Shown: positions 9,592 to 19,336 of the stretch, piece by piece | Position numbering within the stretch: position 1 is the stretch's first letter | Layout: every line of letters begins with the position of its first letter | DNA from: Vampirovibrionaceae bacterium NZW_1234 | GTDB lineage: Bacteria; Cyanobacteriota; Vampirovibrionia; Vampirovibrionales; JAGQHJ01 | Reading direction: 5' to 3' | Assembly: GCA_041697335.1 (NCBI GenBank) | Contig: JBGUGD010000039.1 | Coordinates: forward strand, 96,001-160,000 | Length of the DNA: 64,000 nt | Program-made: the position numbers and the translations under genes | Notes under the pieces: model-generated | What the model saw: the letters and a program-made list of their open reading frames with translations, nothing else | Told to the model about the DNA's origin: nothing | Databases searched by the model: none

Positions 9592-10707
9592 CTAGCCAAA
9601 GCGTTGTCGCAAGGTCAACAGGACTTTACCGCTGCCCAGTGCTAAAAGAAGCGGTATAAATGCGGCTGCCAGAGGTGGCAAAAAACCAATACTGCCTAAG
9701 GTTGTGCAGACAGGAACCATTACATTATAGAACAGCAGAAAGACAGCCGCATACGTCAACCCTAAGTTCCGTGTGGCGCGAGATCGTTCAACTCCGAGAC
9801 ACGCCCCTAAAACAGCAAATACAATGGGAATGAACGCCAGAAAATACCGTTGGTATAAGCGCACTTTATAAAAACGCTCATCTTCACTCTGCCCACCCAG
9901 GCCCAAAAGACGAACATATTTTTGTAAATCTGCTAATCGGTATTCCGTGGGTCTTCCGGGAGGAAAAGACAAGAAGGCCTGAGCCATATCACTGGTATGG
10001 ACTAGCTTTAACCCAAACGATGCCACGGTTTGGTAAATCCCCTCTTCATTCAGCTGGTAATCAATCCCATCCGACAGGAGCCATCCCTTATCCTGGTCGC
10101 TCCAGCGTCCTTGAGTTGCAGTAATCATTCTCCAAATACGGGTTTCAGGCCCTTTGCCCGTGAAAAAGAGAAAGATAAACTGATTCATATCAGTTTTAGC
10201 CTTGGGGGAAATGACCAAAAACTTGTCCATTGACCCATCCGGGCCCCGTTCGACATAGGTAACCTGATGATGTTCCTCAGCGTTTTCCTCAAACTGGGTC
10301 TGCGCATTTAAGGCATATAAGGCCTTTGAGGCCTCAGGCACGAACCATTCTTGCGTCAAAACAAATAAAAGACTCATGGAAGCCCCAACCATCCCAATGG
10401 GAATCAGAATTCGCCGAAAAGACACTCCACTGGCCATAATAGCAGTCAGTTCAGAGGACAAACTCATCTGGCGAAACAGAAACACACTGGCAAACAACGT
10501 GGCAATGGGCAGACAATAAACCAAAACCGTGGGCACCTGATAGATCAAATAGGCCAAGCCTTGCCAGGGCGTCAATTTATGCTCGGAGACCCCTTGAATG
10601 GCATTGAACATAATTTCCGGCGCCAACCAAAGGACCGTAAAGACGAAAATGGCAAACACAGCAATAAGGGCGTGACGACTGATAATAAACCGATCCAGGA
10701 GTTTCAC
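9592..10707 (-). CDS. LptF/LptG (YjgP/YjgQ) family LPS export permease
   Basis: MKLLDRFI start, SELTAIMASGVS motif, 6-TM layout with periplasmic domain, overlaps lptB. Confidence 0.88.
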   Translation of the reverse strand: MKLLDRFIISRHALIAVFAIFVFTVLWLAPEIMFNAIQGVSEHKLTPWQGLAYLIYQVPTVLVYCLPIATLFASVFLFRQMSLSSELTAIMASGVSFRRILIPIGMVGASMSLLFVLTQEWFVPEASKALYALNAQTQFEENAEEHHQVTYVERGPDGSMDKFLVISPKAKTDMNQFIFLFFTGKGPETRIWRMITATQGRWSDQDKGWLLSDGIDYQLNEEGIYQTVASFGLKLVHTSDMAQAFLSFPPGRPTEYRLADLQKYVRLLGLGGQSEDERFYKVRLYQRYFLAFIPIVFAVLGACLGVERSRATRNLGLTYAAVFLLFYNVMVPVCTTLGSIGFLPPLAAAFIPLLLALGSGKVLLTLRQRFG

Positions 10708-11423
10708 AGTTGAAAATCAGCCCCTAAATAGTAATCTCGTACAATTTGCTCGTTTGCAACGTCCTGAGCGGAGCCCGCATAAATGATTTTACCGTCATGA
10801 ATGATGTACGCCCGGTCCACAATGCTTAAAGTAGCTTTAGGATTGTGATCGGTGAGCAGAATGCCAAGCCCGCGCGATTTTAGCTGCACAATCAGCTTCT
10901 GGATATCTTGAATGGCAATGGGATCAATCCCGGTAAAAGGCTCATCCAATAACAAATACTTGGGGTTTGCGGCAATAGCCCGAGCAATCTCCACCCGCCG
11001 ACGCTCCCCGCCTGACAATTGAATTGCCGGCTTGTGCCGATGCCGTTCAATACCAAACTCCTGAAGCAACTGCTCCAACTGCTCCTGCTTCACCTGAGCC
11101 GGACCTTCCTGAAACTCTTGCACCAGGCGTATATTCTCTTCCACCGTTAAACGGCGAAACACCGAGGTTTCCTGCGGCAAATACCCTACCCCGGCTCGAG
11201 CACGTTCGTGAATAGGCAAGTCGGAAAGGTTTTGCTCGTTTAACCAGATTTCACCTTGATTTGGCTGAACAATACCCACCGTGGAATAAAACGACGTGGT
11301 CTTCCCGGCCCCATTGGGCCCCAGCAAGCCCACCACTTCACCCAGATTCACGTCAAAAGACACATCATTGACGACCGGTCGACCGCCATATTGTTTGAAC
11401 AAGTTTCGAACTTTCAGGGTCAT
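10704..11423 (-). CDS. lptB: LPS export ABC ATPase LptB
   Basis: GPNGAGKTT, YLPQETSVFR, LSGGERRRVEIARA, LLDEPF, TDHN. Confidence 0.95.
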   Translation of the reverse strand: MTLKVRNLFKQYGGRPVVNDVSFDVNLGEVVGLLGPNGAGKTTSFYSTVGIVQPNQGEIWLNEQNLSDLPIHERARAGVGYLPQETSVFRRLTVEENIRLVQEFQEGPAQVKQEQLEQLLQEFGIERHRHKPAIQLSGGERRRVEIARAIAANPKYLLLDEPFTGIDPIAIQDIQKLIVQLKSRGLGILLTDHNPKATLSIVDRAYIIHDGKIIYAGSAQDVANEQIVRDYYLGADFQL

Positions 11424-11429
11424 ACCGGG

Positions 11430-12581
11430 TTAATTTCCGCCTTGTTGCGATGTGGCTTTCTCAATCATCATTTCCTGTTCAAAGGCATCAGCCGAAGAAG
11501 AGGCAGTACTATTTGCCGATGTCTTGGCATGACCCGACGAACCGTTAGTGGCGGCGGGTTTGCCTTTTTCTGTATTCGAGGCCTCTTGATTTTTAGCCTT
11601 AATAAAGGTTGTAACATTACCTTTGGCATTAAATTGCTTGGGGTTCACGGTAATTACAACCGTATCTCCGGTCACACGGCGATCCGGGTCATCAATCATG
11701 GCTCTGCCGGTCATAACAATGCGATTTAACGTGTCATTTTCACGGTAAAAAACCGCTTTGGGTCCCTTGGCCACGTAGTCATCGTAATGGATCAGCGTAT
11801 TGCCATTGGCGATTAAGGTACCCGTCTTGTGATCTAACTCTTGCAAGTGAGATTGAACCTGGATTCGGGTGGTCTTGCCTTCGCTGTCCTTGCTTAAAAC
11901 ACTGCTCTGAGTATTACGTTCAGCAAAAATATCGCCCGTATCCAGCTTAATCGTAATGGTTTCGGCTTTAATCTCTTGGTCTCCCTGGATTAGTTTGGCC
12001 CCTTTAATAAAGACCGCCTTTTCAGCCCCACCTGAGGCTCCCAGAAAAATCAGGGCTTCAGGGCTGGTGATCAAGGCATCACCTTTTTTAACAGTCACAT
12101 GGCCCACGGCTTTCATAACACCGTGTTGCTGATCAAACTCCTGGTGATCGGACTTAATGGAAACATCACCCTCTTTGGCCCCGCTCATCTGGGTCACGAC
12201 ATTGCCTTTCGCTTTCATCGCCCCGTTATCCAACCCCATATTCAGGGTATCCGCCTGAATGGTCTGCTTCACGGAGGTCCCTTGGCGAACCATTTTGGGG
12301 CGATTGGAAAATGTGGCTGAGCTGGCTTTGCCATTTTTATCCATCGAAAAATCAGCCTGGGGTCCTGAAATCTGGGTTCCTTCCATCGCCACCAAAACGT
12401 TTCCTTCAAAATGAGACCGCCCTGTAAACGGTTCAAAGACCTGTGTTCCGGAGCTGACTCGAATATCTGCCGCCTGAGCGCTACTGAGTGAAAACATCAA
12501 GACGACTGGAATGACAAAAACAATCCATTGGCCAAAGCGAGAACCAAATTGGGAGGAGAACGCAAAGAGAGGGTGTACCAT
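11430..12581 (-). CDS. lptA: LptA/OstA-family periplasmic beta-jellyroll protein (multi-repeat)
   Basis: Signal peptide (AQA-A), repeated A.GNV/I.AD.L beta motifs, directly upstream of lptB. Confidence 0.78.
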   Translation of the reverse strand: MVHPLFAFSSQFGSRFGQWIVFVIPVVLMFSLSSAQAADIRVSSGTQVFEPFTGRSHFEGNVLVAMEGTQISGPQADFSMDKNGKASSATFSNRPKMVRQGTSVKQTIQADTLNMGLDNGAMKAKGNVVTQMSGAKEGDVSIKSDHQEFDQQHGVMKAVGHVTVKKGDALITSPEALIFLGASGGAEKAVFIKGAKLIQGDQEIKAETITIKLDTGDIFAERNTQSSVLSKDSEGKTTRIQVQSHLQELDHKTGTLIANGNTLIHYDDYVAKGPKAVFYRENDTLNRIVMTGRAMIDDPDRRVTGDTVVITVNPKQFNAKGNVTTFIKAKNQEASNTEKGKPAATNGSSGHAKTSANSTASSSADAFEQEMMIEKATSQQGGN

Positions 12582-12719
12582 GGGAAGTCTCCTACTTGAG
12601 TACAGAGGGGGTCTACTTTATGATAAATGACTGGTAACAGAAACGAAAGTTCTAATTTTTTAAAGCATAACCGGTCTAACGTTGTGCTTGCTGCAAAAGC
12701 ACCGACCGCAAGGAGAATC

Positions 12720-13331
12720 ATGACCCTATTTCGAAGCTTACAAACCCGTTATGAGCAAAAAGAGGCCTTTACCAAGTCCACGTTCCCGTGGCCGGCCATT
12801 TATCGTGACCCGCTCCCGCATATTGAGCCGAGTCAATATGCTCTGCAGATTCGTATAGAAAATCAACTGCCCAAATCCATGCCCTTAAAACAGCTGGCTA
12901 CCTTGCCCTCGTTTAACGAAAGCCGACGAATCACCAGTAAATCCGGCTGGACCTACTACGGGCACTGGAAAGGTTTGACCTTTCAAACGCTGTTTAACTT
13001 GTTTTCCACCCCCCATCTATACCCCTGGGTGCGGATTGAGTCTTTAAACGGGCAGCATTACCTCATTGACCGCAAAAATCTGATGAACTACCGGGTCATC
13101 ACCGAATCGGATGGGAATCCCTTGTCGGTGCTTTATGGCGGCCCCTTGTGGGTTCACTGCTTTGATTACTATGTGGAGTATGGCATTCCCAATGTCAAAA
13201 GCATTGTCCTGCTTCAAGGTGAACATGAGTACTATCACCCCAACGAGGCCCTGGGCTTTCGCCTGGATCAGGCCCGCGTAATGCCAGGGTCTTATTACGC
13301 CATTCATCACGAAAAAATTGCGACGCTGTAG
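12720..13331 (+). CDS. Molybdopterin-dependent oxidoreductase-like (sulfite oxidase/MsrP-type fold) protein lacking the Mo-ligating Cys
   Basis: RITSKSGWT...WKGLTF and DGNPLSVLYGGPLWV...NVKSIVL match the HCxxGWS...WxGV and GxPLxxxHGxPLR patterns. ATG 12720 has AGGAG upstream. Confidence 0.65.
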   Translation: MTLFRSLQTRYEQKEAFTKSTFPWPAIYRDPLPHIEPSQYALQIRIENQLPKSMPLKQLATLPSFNESRRITSKSGWTYYGHWKGLTFQTLFNLFSTPHLYPWVRIESLNGQHYLIDRKNLMNYRVITESDGNPLSVLYGGPLWVHCFDYYVEYGIPNVKSIVLLQGEHEYYHPNEALGFRLDQARVMPGSYYAIHHEKIATL

Positions 13332-13406
13332 AGTAGGATGGGTGAAAAACCATCGAAACCTCGACGATGACTGGGTTGCTTGTTGAAGAGATTAAGACGA
13401 AAAAAC

Positions 13407-13449
13407 AGATTTTCACCGTGCGGACAAATTGTCCGCACGGTGAAAATCT
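13407..13449. repeat. Perfect 21-bp inverted repeat with 1-nt spacer (possible minus-strand terminator)
   Basis: AGATTTTCACCGTGCGGACAA-A-TTGTCCGCACGGTGAAAATCT, followed by GTTTTTT on the minus strand. Confidence 0.85.
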
Positions 13450-13836
13450 TATGAAAGACCGACTTAACACTGGACTGACAGCAGGTGCAACCGAAAAACA
13501 TAAAGACATCAACCTTTTTTAAGTTATTTTTAGTTATTATTCCCATTCATTTAGATTTTTAAACATATAATCCAGAAAAAACCCCCATATACAGAGAGAA
13601 ATTAGATTTATGCTCAACATAAATGCTTTCATACAGTCATTTTTAAACACAAATAATGACCTTTAACCCTTTGAAATATAGCTTTTACCAAATTTTATCC
13701 CAGCTTTTAAAAAAGCAAGCTGAAGCATGACTGCACGACATTGCCGTGTCAGCGCATTGTTTGAGCCCAGGCTAGCTCGTTTCCGTTTTTTTTGGCACAA
13801 TACGGAAACGGAATCTAAAAAAGGGTGTCATTCTGA

Positions 13837-14736
13837 ATGCTGTCTTTACGCAACCCCCGCTTTTTTGCCACACTGACCCTTGCCTTGGCGGTCTTCTCGA
13901 CAGTTTCTCCGGCACATGCCCTAACTTCCTTCGATGACATTGTCGAGCTTGATAAAACACCTGAAAACACCCGGATTCAAGAAAAAATTCAGCTTTCCAA
14001 ACCCATTGAAACGTTAAACGCCCCCCTCCAGGCCCATATCAAGTCAGCCACAGGCTCTACAGCCGAAGATTTGCGAAATTTGGATCTGTTATGGCAGTCG
14101 GTTATCTCCAAAAATCCTGTCATTCAATACGGCCTGAAGCAGTTGGCAACACCACCAGAGCTGAGAGAAGTTCATTCCAGCATCTTGTCTCGGACCGTTG
14201 GCGGTCTCTTAAGTGGCGCCTCTCTATTGCCGTATATGTTCGGAGCAGATCCTTACACGGTTGGAGCCTCGGCCATCGGCGCCAATATGGTGGACCGGGC
14301 CATGGTCAATTCCAAGAAAATCGACCCGTCGCAACTGCCTTCGGATACGGAATTGGTAGAGCTGGCCAGCTTTGTGCAGAGTCTTCAAAAAGCCCTGGTC
14401 TCGAATTACTTTGATTACAAAAACTGCTTGAGAACCATGGTGCAAATGAATCAAGTTACGGATCGCCTGGAAACCAGCATAACCACAACAAAAACAGAAG
14501 CCGATCCCGTCCGTCAGATTGCTCTAGAGCACCAGAAACAAAGTGCTCTTGCCCAGGCCCGAGCCGCCAAACAAGGTGCCATTCGCCATTACATTGCCCT
14601 AGAGCGTTTGGTTGGCAAAGACAATATGAAACAGCTACGCTTTGGTGACATTACCCCCTCGGAACCCGGCCCGGTCAGCCTGATGCCCAGTAAAGCCCTG
14701 CCTTCAGGAGTCATGTATGATTCGGTTCTTAAATAA
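13837..14736 (+). CDS. Secreted hypothetical protein, paralog of downstream gene
   Basis: Signal peptide (AHA-L); helical; shares LW....(K/R)N..IQ..L..(L/M)A and LV.L......Q..L..N(Y/F)..Y with 14717..15499. Confidence 0.8.
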   Translation: MLSLRNPRFFATLTLALAVFSTVSPAHALTSFDDIVELDKTPENTRIQEKIQLSKPIETLNAPLQAHIKSATGSTAEDLRNLDLLWQSVISKNPVIQYGLKQLATPPELREVHSSILSRTVGGLLSGASLLPYMFGADPYTVGASAIGANMVDRAMVNSKKIDPSQLPSDTELVELASFVQSLQKALVSNYFDYKNCLRTMVQMNQVTDRLETSITTTKTEADPVRQIALEHQKQSALAQARAAKQGAIRHYIALERLVGKDNMKQLRFGDITPSEPGPVSLMPSKALPSGVMYDSVLK

Positions 14737-15499
14737 GCCCGCCCTCGGATTGGTCCTTTTGACCCTGGTTTTGCCGCTGAATCTGGCCTTTGGGTTTAAC
14801 AACGACCCGTTGCAAGGCATGCATCAGGAACTGCTCTCTGAAATTGATGACCTAGAGCCCACCCTCCTGCCTGAACTGGAAATTTTGTGGCGAGGGACCC
14901 TGCAACGCAACTCCAGTATCCAGCTGGCCCTGGAAAAGATGGCCGAAAAAACCGGCCAACTTAAACACAAAGACCGCTCGGCATGGACACAGAACATGCT
15001 TCGAGGCCTGGTTCAAATTGGAGGTTTTGGTGGTGCAGCCCTTGCCGGGAACCCGGCACCTCTTTTAGGCAGCGCCTTTATCACGCGAGCCACCGCCCCA
15101 GACACTGTGGCCAAAGAGCTGACCAAAGTCACCAGCGCCGATCTGGTTATTCTGACCCGTGAAATCGAAGAAACGCAGAGCCAATTGCTCTTGAATTTTT
15201 TATCCTATCGCCAGAGCTGTGAATCCTATAAGCAGCAACTCCAGGCCATAGAACAGCATCATGCCCTGGCCAAGTCTCTGCCTCAAGATAATCCCGACGT
15301 GACGGATTTGTTACGAACCACTTCCCTTCAATCCAGCTTTGAGTTACAACAAATCGAAGGTAAGCTCCAGTCCAACCGACAGGTCCTGGTCCTACTGTCG
15401 GGAGAGAATGCCGTTAAAGAAGTGGACAAACATTTAGAAGAGTTACTGAACGTAAAGTTACCTACCCATGCCCCCATTGAATCACCTACCCAATCCTAA
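14717..15499 (+). CDS. Secreted hypothetical protein, paralog of upstream gene
   Basis: Signal peptide (AFG); AGGAG RBS; overlaps the upstream ORF; shares the motifs listed for it. Confidence 0.8.
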   Translation: MIRFLNKPALGLVLLTLVLPLNLAFGFNNDPLQGMHQELLSEIDDLEPTLLPELEILWRGTLQRNSSIQLALEKMAEKTGQLKHKDRSAWTQNMLRGLVQIGGFGGAALAGNPAPLLGSAFITRATAPDTVAKELTKVTSADLVILTREIEETQSQLLLNFLSYRQSCESYKQQLQAIEQHHALAKSLPQDNPDVTDLLRTTSLQSSFELQQIEGKLQSNRQVLVLLSGENAVKEVDKHLEELLNVKLPTHAPIESPTQS

Positions 15500-16553
15500 T
15501 TCTTCGGATTTTCCACCTGAATCCCCGATTGACATCGTCTCTTTCGGTAGTGCCGTTCAGGATGTTTTTGTGAATATTCCGATTGAGTCCGATCAATCGG
15601 CCTTTATCCGCAGCAATCATTTACTGATGGCCTTGGGCTCCAAGATCAATGTGGATTACCCTTTAACCGAAGTCGGCGGAGGTGGAACCAATACGGCTGT
15701 TAATTTCAGTATCCAAGGCTTAAAATCGGCAATTCTTTCTCGCATTGCCAATGACAAGGGTGGTGAAGAGGTTTTAAGCCGCCTTCGGCAATTTCATGTC
15801 AACACCGAGTTTCTGCAAATCGACAGCAGCACCATGGCCCGGACTGGCATGTCCATCATCCTCAACGTTCCCGGCCATGACCGGACCGTTCTGGTGAACC
15901 GGGGCGTCAGCCACTTGATCAATTTTGATGAGGTCAATTGGAAGCGGGTCAGCCTGGCCAAGTGGATGTACCTGGGGGCCTACGGCAGCCGCAATGAAGA
16001 CGACTTTGACCGTTTGTCCGATGTAGCCAGCAAAAGCAACATTGATATTGCCTTTAATCCAGGACTTGCCCAAATCAAACGGGGCTACGGCGCCTTAAAG
16101 CGCATTATTTCAGAAACCAAAATCCTGGTAATGAACCGCACCGAAGCGGCCATTCTAACCAATTCCTCCAAAACCGAGCGGGTCACCGTCATCTTACAGA
16201 AGCTCAAGGATATGGGGCCTAAGGTGGCCATTATTACTCATGGCCGAAATGGGGTCTTTGCAGCCGACGACAAGGACAATCGCTATTTCATATCCCCCAT
16301 GATGGTAGAAGCCACCTGCACGCTGGGGGCGGGAGACGCCTTTGCCAGTACCTTCACGGCATCCATTATTAAAGACGGCTGGGATATTCCTTTGGGCTTG
16401 AAACGGGCTACCGTCAATGCCGCCAATGTGGTTCAGAACCCCGGGGCCCAGATTGGCCTGGAGCCTATGGAGCGACTGGATGCCTATTTGGAAGAGCTGG
16501 ATCTGGAAGTGGAAGATATCCCCGATCGAAGCTCCAAACACGTCAAAAGTTAG
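15468..16553 (+). CDS. PfkB/ribokinase-family carbohydrate kinase
   Basis: GGGGTNTAV, FNPG, MNRTEA and TLGAGDAF signatures. Confidence 0.92.
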   Translation: MPPLNHLPNPNSSDFPPESPIDIVSFGSAVQDVFVNIPIESDQSAFIRSNHLLMALGSKINVDYPLTEVGGGGTNTAVNFSIQGLKSAILSRIANDKGGEEVLSRLRQFHVNTEFLQIDSSTMARTGMSIILNVPGHDRTVLVNRGVSHLINFDEVNWKRVSLAKWMYLGAYGSRNEDDFDRLSDVASKSNIDIAFNPGLAQIKRGYGALKRIISETKILVMNRTEAAILTNSSKTERVTVILQKLKDMGPKVAIITHGRNGVFAADDKDNRYFISPMMVEATCTLGAGDAFASTFTASIIKDGWDIPLGLKRATVNAANVVQNPGAQIGLEPMERLDAYLEELDLEVEDIPDRSSKHVKS

Positions 16554-16633
16554 ACCGATACCATCGCCGTTTGACACGGCTCTTTGCAAACTCTCTCCTT
16601 AGCGTTACAGTGGGAAAGGAAAGGAGGGTTCCA

Positions 16634-18013
16634 ATGCTGACCGCGTCATTAATGTCCTCATCCTCTCCCACAGCCCAGGAGTTGGAGGCCTTACTGGCAG
16701 TATTAGCCCACACGGATCCAAGTCGGGTGATGACTTACAGTCAAGCAGGCAAACTGGCCTCGATCATTCCCGCTTGGGATCGCCTCACACAAACCGATTG
16801 GAATACCCAACACCAAACCCACCATTACCCGCTGGATGTGCATACCTTTGAAGTCATCAGCCAGACCAAAGCCTCCCCCCATTTTTCACCTTTAACCGCC
16901 TATCAAAAAGAAATTACACTGCTCAGCGCGTTGCTCCATGACATTGATAAAAACACGGGTCCTGCGTGGCTTCGCCCTAAGATCCCAGTGGACAAGCTCC
17001 ACCCCATCAAGTCAGCCGAGATGAGTCGCGAGATTTTAGCCCCTCTCGGGGTATCCTGGGAGGCCCTCCAGCGTATTTATACGTTGATTCATCATCATCA
17101 GGCCATTGGGCGACTGTTTATCTTCTTCCCAGAAGGGGCTCCGCATGCGGTACTGCAGAAAATAGCGTTAAAACTTCGAAGTGTGCCCTTACTCCATTGC
17201 TTGTTGGCCTTGTCTCAAGGCGACATTAGCGGAGTTAAGGAGAACAATGCCCTCTTTACTGAGAATGTGGCCACCCGGATTGTGGCGTATGCTGAAAGCA
17301 TTGGCCAGGAGATTTATCATGCCCGGCATCGAATTGCCTTGCTCCCCCAGAACTGGACATTAGAAGACACCGGTCAAGACCAGCCCAAGCTGACGAACTT
17401 CCAAGGCTTTTTCTTTGAAGCCGACTCCGAAGCGGCCCTACAGCAAAAGCTGACGCAATACGCCTTAGGTGGCACATGCCTGCTTCAATATGCGCGCTCC
17501 AAAGAAGAGCTGGCTTACATGTGGAAAGCACCTTATGCCATGGTGTGCCGGGTTCTTCCCGAAAATATGAGTTACGCAGGCCCTCTGCCAACCCCCAACC
17601 TAAAAGAAACGCTGTCCCTGGCAACAATGCCCCTGTTTTATGCCCTCTGGCTGGGGGAAGTCCATCCCACTATCCCTTTGTCTCAGGCCGAAACACACGC
17701 CTTTGAAACCTTACGTGATACCCAGAACCACTATCAGGACACCCTCATAAAACACCCTGCTTATAGCCAAGCGACATGGCATGCCATGGAAGAAGCACTC
17801 TTTGATCCGCATGTATTTTTCAGCGCGGCTAGCAGTCCCGCTTCATGGCTTCATGGGCCTTACTCACAGGCACAACAGGCAACGTGTGACGCATTATGCC
17901 AAAAGGCCCCCTGCTATACTCTTGCGACCCGGCCACACCCCATCGGCCTTCTCTCGAAAACCCAGGAAAAGGCATTCGGCTTGGCCCCGGACACCTTGTG
18001 TTTAATGCTCTAG
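16634..18013 (+). CDS. HD-domain protein (GlnD/CCA-adding-type HD) with uncharacterised C-terminal region
   Basis: HHYPLDVHT...ALLHDIDK...HPIKSA...LIHHH. ATG 16634 has AAGGAGG upstream. Confidence 0.75.
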   Translation: MLTASLMSSSSPTAQELEALLAVLAHTDPSRVMTYSQAGKLASIIPAWDRLTQTDWNTQHQTHHYPLDVHTFEVISQTKASPHFSPLTAYQKEITLLSALLHDIDKNTGPAWLRPKIPVDKLHPIKSAEMSREILAPLGVSWEALQRIYTLIHHHQAIGRLFIFFPEGAPHAVLQKIALKLRSVPLLHCLLALSQGDISGVKENNALFTENVATRIVAYAESIGQEIYHARHRIALLPQNWTLEDTGQDQPKLTNFQGFFFEADSEAALQQKLTQYALGGTCLLQYARSKEELAYMWKAPYAMVCRVLPENMSYAGPLPTPNLKETLSLATMPLFYALWLGEVHPTIPLSQAETHAFETLRDTQNHYQDTLIKHPAYSQATWHAMEEALFDPHVFFSAASSPASWLHGPYSQAQQATCDALCQKAPCYTLATRPHPIGLLSKTQEKAFGLAPDTLCLML

Positions 18014-18025
18014 GAGCCCTGCTGT

Positions 18026-19336
18026 ATGCCCCCTAACACACCCTTTCAAGCAGAAATCATTGCGGTTGGTACCGAAGTTCTCATGGGAGAAATCATCAAC
18101 AGCAATGCCAGCTATTTGTCCCAAGCCTTAGCCGAACTGGGCGTCAACGTATACTACCATACCGTGGTGGGCGATAATCCCAACCGGATCAAAGCCGTCT
18201 TTGAAACAGCGATGCGCCGGGCCAACCTGATTGTGGTCACCGGCGGTCTGGGCCCCACAGACGATGATTTAACCGTGGCAACGTTGGCCGAACTGTTTGA
18301 AACACCGATGGTCGCTGACCCAGCATCTGAAGAGCGCATTCGACAGTTTTTCATTGCCCGGGGCATGCCCATGAGTTCCACCAACCTGAAACAGGCCATG
18401 CGCCCTGTCGATGCCGAACCTCTCCCAAACCGGACGGGAACGGCCCCAGGCCTTTTCTGGGATGTGTCTACCCACGTTGCCAAGCGCGGGTGGAACACCG
18501 GGCCGTGCTACATCCTGGCCTTTCCCGGGGTTCCTCGGGAAATGAAAACCATGTGGACCGAGGTCGCCATGGCCAAGCTTAAGCCACTCTTGCCGGAATC
18601 TGCCGTTCTGGTCAGCCGTTCGCTCCAATTTTTCGGCATCGGTGAGTCCATGCTGGGTGAGAAACTTCGGGATTTAATGGCCCAAGCCTCACCTACAGTG
18701 TCGCCCTATGTTGGCCAAGCGGAAGTGCGTATTCGGATTGCAGCCAAAGCCCCGAGTGAAGCCGAAGCCCTGACCCTAATCGAGCCCGTGGCCGGTGAAA
18801 TTCAATCCCGATTAGGCACCTACTGCTTTGGCAGTAACGAGGAGCCCATGGAGGCGGTAGTGGCTCAACTCCTCAGAGCCAAACAGAAAACTGTGTCCGT
18901 GGCCGAATCGTGTACCGGCGGTTTGATCAGCTCCAGGCTGACGGACATCAGCGGCAGCTCGGAGTATGTCCTTCTCAACATGGTGACCTACAGCAATCAG
19001 GCTAAAGAAACCCAGCTGGGCGTGTCTTCTGAAACCCTGGCCTCGTTTGGGGCTGTCAGTGGTCAAGTGGCTGCTGAAATGGCCATGGGTATCCGTGAAA
19101 AAGCCCAAACCGATATTGGCCTAGGCATCACCGGCATTGCCGGGCCCACAGGCGGCACGGATAGCAAACCGGTGGGGCTCGCCTATATCGGCCTTGCCGT
19201 GGCGGACCAATGTCCGATTGTGAAAAAAGTGCTGGTGAATGCCCAATATGATCGCCACCAGATCAAACACTGGTTTAGCCAGTACGCGTTGAATACCTTA
19301 CGCCTGTACCTGCTGGATTCACTTGACCCGGACTAA
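18026..19336 (+). CDS. cinA: Competence/damage-inducible protein CinA (MocF-like + PncC NMN deamidase)
   Basis: AEIIAVGTE, GGLGPTDDDLT, FPGVPREM, VAESCTGG, GITGIAGP. Confidence 0.95.
   Translation: MPPNTPFQAEIIAVGTEVLMGEIINSNASYLSQALAELGVNVYYHTVVGDNPNRIKAVFETAMRRANLIVVTGGLGPTDDDLTVATLAELFETPMVADPASEERIRQFFIARGMPMSSTNLKQAMRPVDAEPLPNRTGTAPGLFWDVSTHVAKRGWNTGPCYILAFPGVPREMKTMWTEVAMAKLKPLLPESAVLVSRSLQFFGIGESMLGEKLRDLMAQASPTVSPYVGQAEVRIRIAAKAPSEAEALTLIEPVAGEIQSRLGTYCFGSNEEPMEAVVAQLLRAKQKTVSVAESCTGGLISSRLTDISGSSEYVLLNMVTYSNQAKETQLGVSSETLASFGAVSGQVAAEMAMGIREKAQTDIGLGITGIAGPTGGTDSKPVGLAYIGLAVADQCPIVKKVLVNAQYDRHQIKHWFSQYALNTLRLYLLDSLDPD

Noticed and set aside
13450..13760. AT-rich tract as replication origin
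   Set aside because: No clear TTATCCACA DnaA-box cluster and no dnaA/dnaN/gidA context.
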